NCBI GenBank assembly: GCA_976226885.1
Contig: OZ320316.1
Span: forward strand, 63,860,001 to 63,924,000
From: Iphione sp. A-MEVVRFRX5
Lineage: Eukaryota
DNA length: 64,000 bases
Direction of reading: 5' to 3'
The notes beneath the pieces were generated by a model, which had not been told where the DNA came from, did not search any database, and saw nothing but the letters and a program-made list of their open reading frames with translations. Each line of letters begins with the position of its first letter. The stretch's first letter is position 1. The position numbers and the translations under genes were made by a program. Below are positions 23,921 through 38,907 of this stretch, one piece after another.

Positions 23921-26900
23921 AAGGAAATGGAATGATATTTACGACAAAGAATTAGTTATAGTGTTTACACATTACACAAGTTAAAACCTCACCGAGTAAA
24001 AATTATCTTAAGGGGCTCTTAAGGACCTGACTGCTATAAAATCATGAAGGAAGTGTTCTTTCTACGCCAAAGTTTTCTTCGGCATCTTTGAAGGGGAAAC
24101 TTTTCAGTTAATATTGCAATCAACGCGTGTTTTCATGTATTACCCGGTAAAATCTGCTTACGACCTCGGCATCAGCTACATGTGATGTGCAGGACGCCAT
24201 GTTAATTGACTAGGATAAGCGTTCGTAATAATCTCGAAAGAATCCCCACGACTTGGATCTTTTGAAGCTTTCTTCCTCACCCTGCGTCATTTCTGAACAA
24301 TTAATTCTTCTTCCTCCAATCGGATTAAGGGGACCTTTTTGGCGTCCTTTCCGGACCCAGTCTTCAATCTTGGATACAAGCATGTGACGGCCTGCTGGGT
24401 ATTAATTGAGAGTTACCTCATGCGGGCGGCATTTTTGCTGGCGGTGTGACGCCGCCTACGTCATCAACCCGCAACAATCTTCCCTGTTGGATTCACAGAT
24501 GGATCTTCACGACGCAAGAGACACGTCGTCTGGGCGGCAGCGGCGGGAAAATGAACGATCTCGGCGCGTCCGACCGCCAAGAAAGGCACTCTGATCTCTG
24601 CCGAAAATGTCTTTCAATTACATGTCATTGTTTGACTGATTTTTCATCACTCCCATCAGCAGTACCGGGTACACCATGATCAATGGAGATTCAGCATGTA
24701 GGAAATAAACCTGTAATTAGTTCCTCAGATGTCGTCGCTGGTTACGTGATGAACAAAGCGGATCGTGCCGCTTACCGACAACTGTCAAGCAGTCTCATCG
24801 AAATCAAATACTACAAATACACATAACAAGAGAAAAAATACGCAAGAAAGTCTTCCTCTACGTGCAGTTGAAATAACCACACTGTTCTTCAAGAGGCTTC
24901 TATCAATGTGACCAACATGTTTTTTGTTTGAATTTTCCATATGAACGTCAATCAAATTAACACTTTATGCAGTGTCCTGCAAATCAGGCGAGGGTAGAGC
25001 ACCTTATCGAACAGGAACTTCTAAAACTGTCAAATATCTCTATGTCGCGCTTTTTTTTTGTGCGGACATTGCAATATTTTGCACGGTAGCGATTTCTGCC
25101 CGAGGGGAATCTCCCAGAAAACACCCACAAGCCCACAGCACAGCATGGCGAATCCTAGGAGTGACATATGCAACGCTTCCTTCCAATTGCTGGAACGTAA
25201 GCCGTCCGTCACATAAAAGATCGATGAAAGGCGGGCCACAACGGCCTCCTCAACAATGGCGAGGGGCGTGAAGGAGTCCCGAGAGGGCCCCAGGAGGCAA
25301 GCAGTGCCCTGGCCATCGATGCTCCTACTAGGATGGCGCTGTCGCCTGTCTCCTCCCGATCTTTTTTTCTTTCCATTTATTTTTCTACCTCCACCTTATC
25401 ATAGGACATATCAGATGTTTAATTCATGAACCGGCCCTGGTGTGGTATCACCTGACGCTGGGCACTGCTGCCATCTTGTCTGACTTTGGAGTGGATTATC
25501 TCTTAAGACGGAGACATTTATAATATACTGAGGATGAAAGGTTGCGTCTGGTGGAGATTCTCCATATAGAGCCTGAATGATGTGTCCTGTGTAAGATTGA
25601 ATGGTGGAGACTGATGACGGCTTTGCTTTAAAGTGGATATGTTTGTTTCTACAATATCGAAAGATCGGTTGCCTATGGCTGGATCATACATATTTTCTGG
25701 AAATAACAGACGTTACTTTGTGATATACATCTGTATTCTTTTGATGATGTTCCAAGCATATCCATGTACATAGGGGGAAACATGCATCATATTACAACAT
25801 GAGTTTATAGTGTCTATTTACTATCTGTGAAGATATATAACAAACAAGGGTCAAGAAAATATTCTTCCAACCCTTGGTCACGTTACATGAATGACTGAAC
25901 AGCTAACACACTTGACGTTTGTGCAGTTCTCGGGTGTTGTTCCCAGGCTGTTTTATGTTCCCGGGTGAAAATGGTTGGGCGGTCAGCTCCGAAAAGGAAG
26001 AAGCTGATACAGCAAAGGATATTGGAGAACCGACGTTCAAAAAGACTTCCAAAAAAGGGGGAATTTTCTTTCAACCCTGTTGTGGAAACATGCAGTTTAC
26101 CTCAGCCGTGCCTGCCCTCTAGCAGGATTCTGTGGCCTAGCTTCAGTGGACGTGGTCGATCTGCTGAGTGGAATGAGCCCATTTGGAAATATGCCAACTA
26201 ATCTGGCCCCAGTCTAAGAGCTGCTCTCTGGCAAGATGCCCGAGCGGTCTCACAGGCCGCCCACCCAGCGCGACAACCTACTCGACCGGTCTCATCATCG
26301 CTCTCCATTGGACTCATCCATTTCTTATGTCATTCAGTTTATAACACGATCAAGAATTTTTTCGCCGCAAACTAACACATAGACATGCAATACAACCATA
26401 CCTGGGGGATGAGCAATCGGCAAGACAAAATGACTTGGAAAAATGCATACTTCAGTCGACTGCTTTACCCATACATGGAGAAATGTGTCGCCTTATCTAA
26501 TATAACATAAGCATTCCGGAGAGATGAGGGAACGCGCCATACTCGACTAGAAGGTCGCGTTAGATTAAATTACATTTATTGCAAAAATTTCGTGTCGAGG
26601 ATTCGTTCATTCGAAAGATTTATTGCACATTCTTGATGTTATGAACAATGTTGTAGAGGTACATTATCTCCAATATGATTTCCGCAGCCACTTTCCCCTG
26701 AAATACCAAGTGGCATTTAAATTAAAACATACTAAATTTCACTTGCTTTACCGAGGTGGTCCTCCCTCAAAAGCTTACTTCACACCGAACACACTTGTTG
26801 GCATATTCTAGGTCCTTTTAACAGTAGCTGTCTCGACTTCCCGTTACATGTACATAGATTAGCCATGCATGTTGTATAGGGAGTGCAGTTTGCCTGCTTC

Positions 26901-29900
26901 CTCCTAGGTGTGCGGTGCGAACTGAATGGTCCGAAAATGGAGCAAACGTATGTATGTAGACTGCTTCATATTAGCCTGCACTTGGCAAGGGCCGCCGCCT
27001 GTGGCAGCACCACTGTTTCATTTATAACAGTGACTTGCCCTTGACAAGACCTACCGCAGCGCCGCCATAGTTGGCCTCTTTTTTCCCTCTTAGTTTCCAG
27101 CCTTTTGGGCCTGGATTTTCCATCAGGGACTGCACTGACGACAATAAGTCTGCCTGAAGCAGGCCAGACCCAAACATTCCATTTCATATACTGTTATGAG
27201 GTTGGGATGAGAAGCGACGCAAACGTCATTATCATTGGTGGCTATGGTGATGCTTTTTCTTCATTTTTTGTTTGAAAATAACATTCATACTATAAAACGG
27301 CGCGGTGATGCATGGACGGTTATTTACTGTAGCTAGGAACTCAAACAAAATGCAATAGTTTCTGGTGAGGGATACCCACTGCGTTTTCGTCCATTGTAGG
27401 AAAACCACAATTGGGACGTATTGATTCTTTTTGAAAATACTCCCATGGAAAAATTCTACTGCTGGAACCTTGTGGTGAAGTCGTGGCAACGGTGCCGAAC
27501 CATGTCTCTTATTAATGGTATGGGCATAACTTTCAACCTGTTTACATCTACAAGAGAACACTGACCCCGATGTAGTAGCTTTTAAAGGTAATAACGCTGA
27601 AGACGTGCCTCGGGAGACACGTCAATTCTCAAACATAACATGTAAGCCCATCGTTAAATAATAAGCTTAATTGACTATCTGCTCCAGTGCTATTAGTGTA
27701 TCAGTGTATCAGAACCACTAAGCTTTGTTGGTTGTCTTGTGGGTCGGCGTAACGTGCTTGGCGAAGAGACCACAGAGCCATTTGACACAGACCGAAGCCC
27801 TCAAAGGGGACCCAATCTGGACTAGGCCGGGCGATGTCTCACGACCACTGATTGCCTGGAAGACCCTCAATTCACGCATCTGTCCGGCTAACAATTCGCT
27901 GCCGCCGCTTAATTCTGACCGTCTGAGTCCTCTAAATTAGGCGTGAATGCCAGTCGCATGCCAAGCCGTTATCGGTGCGTGGCTTGTCGTGGCCATCGTC
28001 GACAGCGATGACAGGATCTCAGAGGTAGTCGGCGAGGCTTATCAAGTCCAAAAAATCTTGCGTCATGCACCATCTCAACAGTTTTCAGGTAGTTCTGGCG
28101 GTGCTTCGACGCCGACTTAATTAGTTGTGAACTGGTTAAGTGGTCTCAAACTGGGAGAAATGGTGGGGAGGAATGTTTGTTAAGATCTGGCTAAAGGTAC
28201 CATTCGATCGTTAGAAATGCATTGTTGTTGCTCATGGGAATCCCGCGGTAGCTGATTTTCCACAGTGATACCGCCACTAGAGCGCGGTTAATTCATTTCC
28301 TCGAACAATAGCCAGATGTTCTCAATACACGGCTCTTTAAAACTCAAACCGCTACCACACGGTACCAGCCTTCTCAAGCAAGAAAGGCAAAGCAATATGA
28401 GATAAATTCAAAGCGTACAACACACTAGGACTGTTTCGGTTATATCCATCATCACCCGGACTTGATGTCTCTACATGTCTGTATTTGATGGAAAACGGGC
28501 GTTTTTTAATTTCTCAAGATGCCTTATTAGAAATGCCTAATTCTACAGATCGAGCAGCTCTATTCAATTTTCTGTCATTAATATTCCCACCAAGGTCCAA
28601 TTAGCAACGTGGCTTTACTAAATGGCAATGGCGGATTCTGGTAGCAGCTCTGTCATCAACCATCCTCAATTATGCGATGTCCTTCGCTTTAAGAGAATTC
28701 CCCAGTGTAAACTTTAGACATGTACTATTAATAGACGAAGTTCCAGGTTTCCCGCCAGAAACTCAAAGGTGAATGAATGGGAGCTGCCCCGAGAGCCCAA
28801 TCACATGAACATCTATATCGTTTCCTGCCCCACCAAGCCCCACCGCCACACGTCAGTGCGATCGGTAGGGGCGGATTGAGCGATCGCGGCGTCAGTAATC
28901 GAATCAGAGACGAACACCCATATTTCGTTTCCAGACCCTACGATATAATCGTACTACTGGTAGTTATCGTCACTAGGTGGTGCTTGCGTTCCATAGCAAC
29001 GGTCGCCAGGAGGTGCACTACCATTGAAATATGGGTGACATTAGGGGTATGACGAAAGTATGCACCTAACTGGAAAGGGCCACCCTTGAGCAGCTAGAGC
29101 GGCTAGGCATCTAACACACACCGTAAACGGGCGTCTCTACTATCCTTATATCATCAATACAGACGATCCTATCAGGACTAGATCACTCTAAATAATGTTG
29201 GCAAGATAACACCGAAAGCAGTCCAAGGAAAACGCTCGCCAAAGTCAAATCTCCAAGATTCAAAGCGACCACATTTTTTGTTTCGCGTGTCCTTTTGTTA
29301 TCAATATTCCTAAAGGAGGGCCTGCAATCAATTTATCTGAGAAACCTCGTCGATACGAATATCAAATGCAGTTTTCCTGCTAAGGACGTCGCCGCCGCAC
29401 CAGAAGGGCCGCTTTACCACGGTTTACGGGATCCAGCCTGACCTCATCAAGCAACTTACCTTCATCTCTTAATGTAAGAGATAAACTGAACTTCTCGTCA
29501 CTAGTAAATAAATTCAACGCCGCCCAATGATTTAGCCATCTCTTACATATAAAAATGAAACGATATTCTCGAAATATGTACAGAATACCAGAAATCATCT
29601 TTATCCTACAAGTACCTTATTCGGGTAGAATACAACTACAAACTTGTACAAATTCCAAACGCGAACGCACAGAAGGGAGGAATGGAATGGGAAACTGGTG
29701 GATTCAGATTGTACACAGTCAGCAGGGTAATCTAACGCAACGCACGAGTTGCACTGTCTGCCAGAAGTCCCTTTTGTGACCAGGTGATGTCCGGAATAGG
29801 AATGATAATTTGCTGTCTGAAATAAACACCACTATTGAAAATTTGACACCAGTACACACCCCAAAATGCAATGCCACTTATTACTGAAATACTCGAAAAA

Positions 29901-29977
29901 TATTTTTAAAAATATAAAATTCTTTTCGTGTCTTGCTGACCTCCCCGATGCTTTTTGGGTGGTATTAGTCCTGTAAT

Positions 29978-30159
29978 TGACAGATTGCTGTGTGACAGGA
30001 TGACATGTTTTACAGTGACAATATCTGTCAAACTGTTCCATAGCCAATGACATTGTGCTATTTTGTCACATGACTCATACATCCAATCCGTGCAGACGAC
30101 ATTCGAGTGACAGTGTCACTCATGTGTGACCATACTAGAATTATGACTGCCACATGTCA
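29978..30159. promoter_or_regulatory. Dense TGACA/TGTCA homotypic cluster (TALE-homeodomain-like sites or transposon subterminal repeats)
   Basis: 10 copies counted in about 180 bp, including the palindrome GAGTGACA-G-TGTCACTC (30105-30121); four more to 30436. Confidence 0.4.
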
Positions 30160-31042
30160 TAATGTAGTTATGCAAATATATAGACATTATATCCATTGAG
30201 AATGTGCTGAGGCATCTATATTTATTTTCAAAGTGTATGAGAAAGTAGAGTATAATGATACTATAACTAGAAATCTTTTTATTACATTTTGAACATGACC
30301 ATAGTGTAAGTACAACTGTCACCTTGTGATGGGTGGGCGTGGCTACGTGACAGTACGGCAATGTGTCAATTGGATAAGGAAGACCAAGGATACACTGCCA
30401 GTGGCTACAGACTCAAATAACTTCGAATGTTTGTCACAAGTATCCCGTGGCTAATCTTTCTTTCATGCAGCATGTACGAATACGAATAGTACGGTAGCAT
30501 ACTATGTGCCGACTCGAGTGTATGCGAACAAAAATATGGCACAAATGTTGCACACGTCACTGAACCTTTATATATATAGGATATCCTTTCATCAGCGATA
30601 GGTTACTTACCACTGCCGTACCAGGGCAATTAAACGTAATCGGTTCTTTTCCTTTCGTGTTACATATCCAAATTCACAGAGAAATTAAACTTAATTACAG
30701 CATAGATGACCAATTATGGAGTTGGCTGATACAAGTATTCGACTGAAATGTTTAAGAAAAATCAACACGCACTTAATTACAGGACTTGCATTCAAGGGCA
30801 CGACCACCTAGAAAAAAAAACAGTCACCTAAAGCCTACCAGCTGTTCTCTAGATGTTCCACTTAATGGTCTGACGAGAAAGCTCGATGGGTGGACCTAAT
30901 TCGCTTTATCTACGCTTTCTCACGTCGAATAGCTTCATGGACCAACACCAAACAGTAAGCTGTTTGTGGCTTCTGATCGTGGCTTCCCCATGAGCCAAGA
31001 AATCCGTTGCGTGAATTAGGAAGGTAAAAGGAAGGGTAGAGT

Positions 31043-31059
31043 GGGGGTGGGTGGGCGGG
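31043..31059 (+). other. Potential G-quadruplex
   Basis: GGGGG-T-GGG-T-GGG-C-GGG, 1-nt loops, at the edge of a CpG-rich island. Confidence 0.55.
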
Positions 31060-34000
31060 AACGACACCCCTGTGCCTCTTGACGCAGCCGCCGCCACCGC
31101 CGCCAGTCTACCTAACGACGTATTTCCTATTGCCAATCATCAGCTCTCTGGCTGCCGCCTTCCTCGGGAATCTTTAATCGGAACGCACTTGTGCTCCTAG
31201 TCAAAAGAGCTGCGTCGCATCGGCCAATCGATGGGCCAAGACGCGCCTCTGGCAGTATGAGCGGCTCAAGCGACCGGCCGGAGCAGCTCCCCTTCCAAGT
31301 CAATACAGATGGGAGGAGAGTGGACCAATGGATAACTGTTTTAGTACCACCCAGACTGTATTTAAGCGGTATTGCTCTTCATAAGGCATTTAAAGAAGTT
31401 GTTAATAAAATGACTTTAGTAAAACGTGTTCTGTCAAGAATATCGAAGGGCGAGCGGGGATTGGATGAGCAGGCGGGGCGGTATTCAACGCTTCGCTGAA
31501 CAAAGGACTGCGGCGCTACTGTTTATCGTTCATCGTACTTCCACTGTTCCTAACGCTTTTAATTTCTGTCGTTTAGTCCTGAGAGGCTGTATGATGGTGA
31601 TGACTAAAAACAGAACTGGTGAAACAAACAGCTAGAGTATCGGGAACTGGAAGGAGAAATAAGGCCGCATTAAAGAACACTAAGACAATTTATCGATGCC
31701 CTCGCTCTATTGGACTTGTCAATAGTCTTCCTACTGGTCCATTACTCAGCCACCGCTGACTGTGGAGAATCTTTGGTCGCCTTAATGCAGACGCCGATGA
31801 AGTTGCCGTGTAAAGTAAGTTCAGACTGCCAGACTCGAGCAGTTCATCAAGACACGCAGCTCGTCGATGAGCCTCTCCTCAGTCTTCGCACTCTGTCAAG
31901 TCTCAAGTAGCGAGCTGGTCGCCAGCCGTGGACTTACATGTGTATGATGGAGTGGGCAGAGCTCCGTGGACGCGGCTATTATGCCCAATTGGCGGCCCCC
32001 AGCCTGCGACATCATGCCCTCTATTGAGGCTCATATGAAGCGGCAAGCTGAGCGCCGTATCCAGAATGAAGAGGGATGACTAGGCTAAGGGGACGAGGTG
32101 AGGAGGACGCAAAGTACCATACAGAATGGAGTGACGGGGGCAAAAACTGAATTTTAGTTGCATTACGGAGCGACCATTACTAGCACAATGACCCGCCAGA
32201 AGGCATTCACCATACAGCGTTACCTAAAAATTATTCAATGCAACTATAATAAATTAATTGACCTGACATTACAGTATATACAACGGGAATATTCAATCAG
32301 GAAATTGCTGTGGTATGCCTGGTTGAGAGTGTTCCACTGTGAAGTGAGGCGCACCCGAGTATTAAGTGGATGGGAGCCCACTGGCTCTATGGGGTTTTAA
32401 AGCAATGAAAGCGACTGTAGAGATACTTTACTGAGTAAAATGAAAAAAAAATGCAATTAACAAGGGCCTCTCGCCAGCAACGTGATTGTACATATCACTG
32501 CAATACCTCTATGGATTGCTTGTAAGTGTTCTACGAAGGACAGACTCATCATACATGGAACGTATATATACATATGCATTCTTATACACACGTATATATG
32601 TACAGTGTATCAACCGCTATTGTCAAGAGAATAATAAAAGTAAATCCTGGAGCACACTAAAGAGAGGTGGAGTTCTACATATAAAGAGTTTGTTTATTCC
32701 ACTCCGTACAAAAACATATCCACTTCTCTACTTTGTTGGTGAAATGGAATTGTTCTGAATGCAAAGAGGTCTGCCGGATCCAATCGTAATATTCCTTCTT
32801 CAGTGTTTAGATTCCAAAGTCGCTAATATACAACAACGCGGCAGGTGGTGCCGAAGGATTGTGCTAAGTTGGACCGAGCGACGGAGAGCTAGGTTCGTGG
32901 GGGCGTGGCAGACTAGTTGAGATTGCTGGGGGGGGGGGCGGATCTTAAACTTGTTGTTGACAGACATACGCGGTCCAGATAGACGCGATCCACGAATCTA
33001 ACGGAAGACCTGCGTGTCTGGCCGCAGGGCTATAGGAAGACTGCGCCTGATAGAATAATCCCTGAATCATGTTATCTGGGACCGTGCCAGCGCGGCCGCC
33101 GACGTGGTCAATGTTTAATGACGCAGAGTGGGCTGCTGCTGGCTCTTTTATGTTTGGCTGCCCTGGACTTGGGGCCCCCCCATGTTCAGTTAATCGTACA
33201 GCAAAGATCAACGGCAACCGAGGCTCCTGCATCTACCTGCTTGTGTACTGGCCTATGGCTGGAAGTGCGCTGCCTGACCCAATGACTGATACACTCATTG
33301 CCTGGTCGTAGACAGCTGGTTGCCTTAATGATTAAGCACCCTGCTGATCTGCTGCCTGCTGACAGTTTGTTTTGTAAATTAAGAGCAGCTAATGTTTAGT
33401 TCCAAGACATCCACCTCCTTTACATCAACACTGTTATTGCTACCACACAGCATGCGGAAACCTTTGCGGCCAGGCTGCTTGTTAGATAGGCCGTTTCACG
33501 CTGATCTTATCCTTTCTCTAAATACAAATGGCGCATTAGGCATCCAGAAGTTCACCGTACTACGAAGCAAAGAAGACCGATAAATACTACGGGCACCTTC
33601 CTCCATACGAAATACAAAGGATCAGTTATAACGATGCTACTCATTCAGATACCCTTCTATCTGAAGCATTCGTACACAGGCGTATATCTCCCTTTTGTAC
33701 AGAATAATGAAGTTAATGAGGTGTGCTACTAAAACAATCAAGAACACATACAGGGGTTGGACACCTGTGCCCATCGATTATTCTAGCAAAAAGATGAAAT
33801 GAAACCAAAAAAACCACAAATGGACAGACGCGGACGACAGCATGAAAAGGAACACTAAGTAATTGATGTCTTTAAATGCACAAACGTATGTCTGTACATG
33901 TACACTGTGTATAAGCGTGTGTAAGCGCGAGCATGAGTGCGTGCGTGTGTGTGAATGTAAGTGCCGTCCGTCACGCATTCGTTCAGCTATGCCTGTATAC

Positions 34001-37000
34001 ACTGGGTCATCTTTGAGTAGTGCTTTAACACCGCGGAGCCCAGTTCTGGACGCCGCCAGGAGACTCCATGATTAAGGTCACATCTGGGGCCTGCCATTTG
34101 ATGAGCCGAAAGAGAGGCGAGGGATACATCGCTGTGGGCCACTGTTCGATCTGGGTCAATTTTCTAACGGCAGCGATGAGGGCACACCAGCACTCTCGAT
34201 ATGCCTGTCAGGGCAAAGCCCGAAATTAAGAGAAGGACCTCTTGGATCAGAAGTGTTCGGGAAAGGGGGCACGGTCAACGAAGAATGAAGTAGGGGTAAT
34301 CAGAGAATACAAAAAGCAACCGAAGCCACGGACAGCCTATGGGACCTGGGCGTAGGTGGAAGGCCCCTGCTACATGTGGGTATCATGGGCACTGGGCATG
34401 TACAGGGCAAAGACATAGGCTGATTTATGATAGTGCAAACGCATCGCGCTTTATAAGGTAATTCACGCACCTGCATGCTAGTCATAGCTGTCTAGTTCTC
34501 GATGCGGAAGACTTGGTTTAAGATAGATGCGGTGGGAGAAATTCTATACTATGCAGGCCAACTGAAATGACCTTAAGTTGATCTATGCACCGCTTCGAAG
34601 GTTAATTAATTGTCTGAAAACTCTGGCGGCGTTCAGCTGAGATGAGCGATGCTGCACCATGAGGACATGAGAATGTCAATTAACTTCTGGTTACATAAAA
34701 ACCTTATATGACCTAAGTTGACTGGGACGATCTTGCTGGAGGTGGCGCAGCTGACTTCACTTGAAATTACCAGGATAGCTGGGATGCGCAAGGAGTTCTT
34801 TATGAAACATCAATCACTCCACCCATTCAATGACCTGGAGAAGGGGTACAGCGGAAGGACCCTCAAACGCATGTTTCCTTCTGAGGACTCTGGCTGGTAT
34901 CTACGCTCCGAAACTCAAATCTGCAGATTAATTACAACATCAGAAGCTACTCTCGCCCCCAAGGTACATAGCAGGTGGGCCACGCCGTTGCTATGACGAC
35001 GACTCCAACTTAACACGTACAAGAGAAGACATGGAGGAGGAACGCGATGACGAACAAGATGGCGGAGTAGTTACGAGGGCACTGCCGGCGGCTCTAGTCA
35101 TGATGGACCAGCCAAATTTCTGAGCAAGAGCATGGACTCTCATCACTAAAAATAGTAATCAAGACACTGGTATGACCTCCCAAGGCAAATTGGTCACGTT
35201 TTGATCCATCGTGTCGGTGCTTATCTGCCATTTCAAAGCGTGGCATGTTGAGCAGAGTAGCAATATTTGCAGTACTTTCTCCTTTAAAATGGACACACGC
35301 GTGCCCTTTATACTATTTGAGCGCAGCATGACATTCATTAGGATACATCAGGACGAGTATAAAGCATTCTACACTTTGGTATAGATGATGATGTCAACAT
35401 CTTTTCGGTCGGACCCAGATACTCTGACACGCACGCCTGTGTAGAGAGATACATGGATCTTCCAGGGGATATCAACGGGCTCGGAAAAAAATAAATACAA
35501 CGCGTTGAATTTTTACGTGTGCGAGGCGAATTGGACACTTCTAATACGATAAGACATACCCCTCAAAATTCCCATGCATGACCAGTTCAACTGGAAAACC
35601 ACATTGTACCGAGGTGTGCACAACCCACTCCCCTCCGTTTAGGACTTCTCCGGCGTGAAAGTGTAATCTCCCAATCAATATGCATCGCCCCGCGGCAATA
35701 GCGGTACCCAAGCGAACACGAGGAATGGCGGGCCGCGGACGGTAATGAGAAGACGACCTTCGGGGCCCCCGCCGCTGACCGTCAACCTGTCCCATCCGCA
35801 AAGCGCGGCCGGGTAGCCGGCAGCAGCCCTTGACACCTGTACCTGAGGTTGCCCTAGGCCTACCAAGGTCATCTATCAAATGTCTGCCTATCCGGGTGAA
35901 CCCGTTAAAGGGTTCGAGAAGCAAGTGCGGAATGTCCAGCGGCAATACTTATATCGTTGGATAAGGTCATCTTCTGCCAAAAGCGCGCATTTCATACCCC
36001 TTCCGGCTACAGTTCACAAGCGCGGGCCAAATGACGACATCACTGTCGATGATGTTAATGTGTTCTGCAACCTGATGCTTGGATAATAATGGATATGGGA
36101 ATAGAGTCGGTTGTGCTTTCCTGCAAACTTCCTGATTCAGAAAAAGCCAAATCCTGCTGTTTGCAGCGGTATGTGCATGTATAAGAAGTGACCGGGGTCT
36201 AAATCCATATTGATTTTCTGATTTCTTTGGTTACTGGGCTGCTCCTGAAATGTTCAAGGAGCGAACGGTGAGTTGTTCAGTGACTAGATGCGGTTGATAG
36301 ACATGTGGTCTCACTCGACGCCACACGAGATGGGCGTGGGAAGCCGATATATTCCAGACGCGAAGAGCATGGGGGGACATCATGTGGGCGGGACAGGGTG
36401 GACGTAAGGGATCCGGGTGCAGACCCAGGGCGCTGTGCAGAGGTCACGAGCTTGCCCCCTGCTGACGGTCTGTTACCCCTGTTGGCTAGGCTGAAATGTA
36501 CTGGACAAAGGGCGACCCAGCGGGCGGGTGTTGACAGCTTTATCAGGCTGCCTGTCATGGCTTATCTAAACACCACCAGCGACCAGCAGAGACCGACGTA
36601 TTGTTAACGTCGTACCAATAAAACGTCACGCCTTCAACCAGGAAGCAGCCGTTGTTCGGGCCACCCATTCTCCGGTCCATGCATCATGCACATAAGGCCT
36701 GCCATAGATCTTCCGAACAGGGAGAGATATATAGTACTGTCATTTTTATGGTAGCGCCTTCCTTTAGCCGCCAAAGCGGGCGGTGGCGGCTTGACCCCGA
36801 GTTTTGATGCAAAAGATGCCCCGGCGTACCTTTGTCACCTTCTGTGATTGTCAGTATCTTTGTGGGGGGAGACTCTGCTTGACCGTGACCGAATTCTTTA
36901 GAGCTAAGGGAAAACAGAACAGGCGTGGATTTCTCTATACATCACCAACCAATGAAGGAAGGTCAAAGTGAGGGTCGACAATGTGCAATCGTCTCCATCA

Positions 37001-38907
37001 AAGTGTGTGGCCCAGTTGATCCCTGTGTAGGTGACGGTTGACAACTCAGCAAGCATACGACACGGTTACGTCAGCGGCCAATAAATAAGCCGTGGTACGG
37101 AACATGACGCCCGACAGTCGGTCAGCGGTCGGGTCGCGTGGGCGCCGCGCCGACAAGGCCGAACGCCATTACATAAAGAGAAATGAAGACCGCCGGTCCG
37201 GCCTCCGGTCCCTGGATACGGCTCCCCGCTCGTCTCCGATATGAGCTATGTGGCTGGTGTCGACGTGGGAGCTCGACGTGGGGCCACTGGGGCAGTCATT
37301 TCGGGCACCCGTTCCACAGTCGACAACCAATTAAGTCAGTGCTAATTAAGGCCTTGCCAACGGCTGCTGACCTCCGAGTGACGCGCCGCCGCGACTCCGT
37401 CGAACAGCTGACCAACACACGCTGGCTTGCGCTAACAGCGACGAACCTTGGTATGGGAATTAAATTCACTCATCACATCCAAGGATGATCCTCGTTGGCC
37501 GACCGACTGAACTTATTATTTCCTCCTCTCTGCCATCATTTTTAAAAGTCGACAGAACGATATAGATGGCTTCACGCTGGGTTTGTCTGTTCATAAAACA
37601 AGCCCGATTTCATCACCCTAATGGATTCTAGTTCGCTTACTGAGTCCTGGCGTCATCAATCACATGGAGGACGCGACATAATCCTCACCTAATGACGATG
37701 ACAATAGGCCGAATGAGAAGCCCTCCACTCCATCACGGCACGATCACCGCGAATATACTATATACAACATGTGCACGAGGCGAACTGAGCAGCGCCACTT
37801 TAAAAGATAATAGCAAAATGCGTACACGCCAAAAGATCAGAATGACCAAATTGTTCTGGACTATCGCCAAGGTGACCGAGTTATTATTCCAGCGGGGTAA
37901 CATTAGTGCACTTCGTGGTTTCTTTGTTACAGTCAGTGGTGGGTCTAAACGGTTGTCATTCAGGGAGGGCGCACTGACTTCAAGTGCCCAACTTGAACTA
38001 TCAACACATGTGGCGTCGGTTGGGCAATAGATCACGGTACAATTAGAAGTGTTCCCATGCTCGATCTGGAGAAGATTTTTCGGATGCAATATCTTTCCAA
38101 TAGTAGACCAACTTGTGTCCAAGCTGTGCGTGACTCAGGGCCCACATACAGGGATGCTGGTGCGTAACAAATAAGCGTCAGGCGCTAACTTGTGGCCCCA
38201 AACTACAGTATGAACAGCCCCGGGAATGACCGTGATGACCGACGCAGAACATCCGCCCACTGGGAGATCATGAGTTCAGAAACAGTGGAACATAAAACTT
38301 ATAAGTAACTCGATCCGTGATAGTAACTTGAGAGTTCACTAGTTTTATACATGAACATCTCCCATCCTGGGAGAGAAGATCTAGTATAGCAACATGGCCG
38401 GAGGGAAGGCTGCAGCAGGATATTCTAATAACAAACCATAGATTATGTTTTTCATGGAGTCATTTCTTTGGGTATTAAGTGGTCCTTCTCATGAGTTCTG
38501 CTTCATAATTATAGAAATCCGCTGTCTCATGATAATTCACACGAAAGCATTCATGATACTTGCACATGCATCACCCTTTGATGAAGCAAGAACAAATCTT
38601 GGCTCGGATTAAATAAAAAATAGTATAAAGAAGCTCAACTCCTCTTTTCCCGCCTGTTCCATTGAAGGTCTCGTGGGCTGTCGTATGTGTTGGTATTGGT
38701 GTTTCTGTGTACAACTAGTACTACTCACTAAAATACTCTGACCTTAACGAAGGACCCCCGACCAACAGAAAGACTGGCCTGTTTGCCGTATACCAACGAC
38801 CATCCAGGGACCAGTCGCATGAGTAAATGATGGACCGTAACCATCACTTCAAATGTCTAGTATCTTTACACTTTTACTGCAAATAATGCCGATAAAGATC
38901 GGTATAA

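Noticed and set aside
26396-26420. ctcatcccccag|GTATGG on the Fat strand
   Set aside because: Short pyrimidine tract and no convincing downstream donor; within chance.
29460-29485. 26-nt segment with strong donor AAG|gtaagt
   Set aside because: Purine-rich, weak acceptor and not a multiple of 3.
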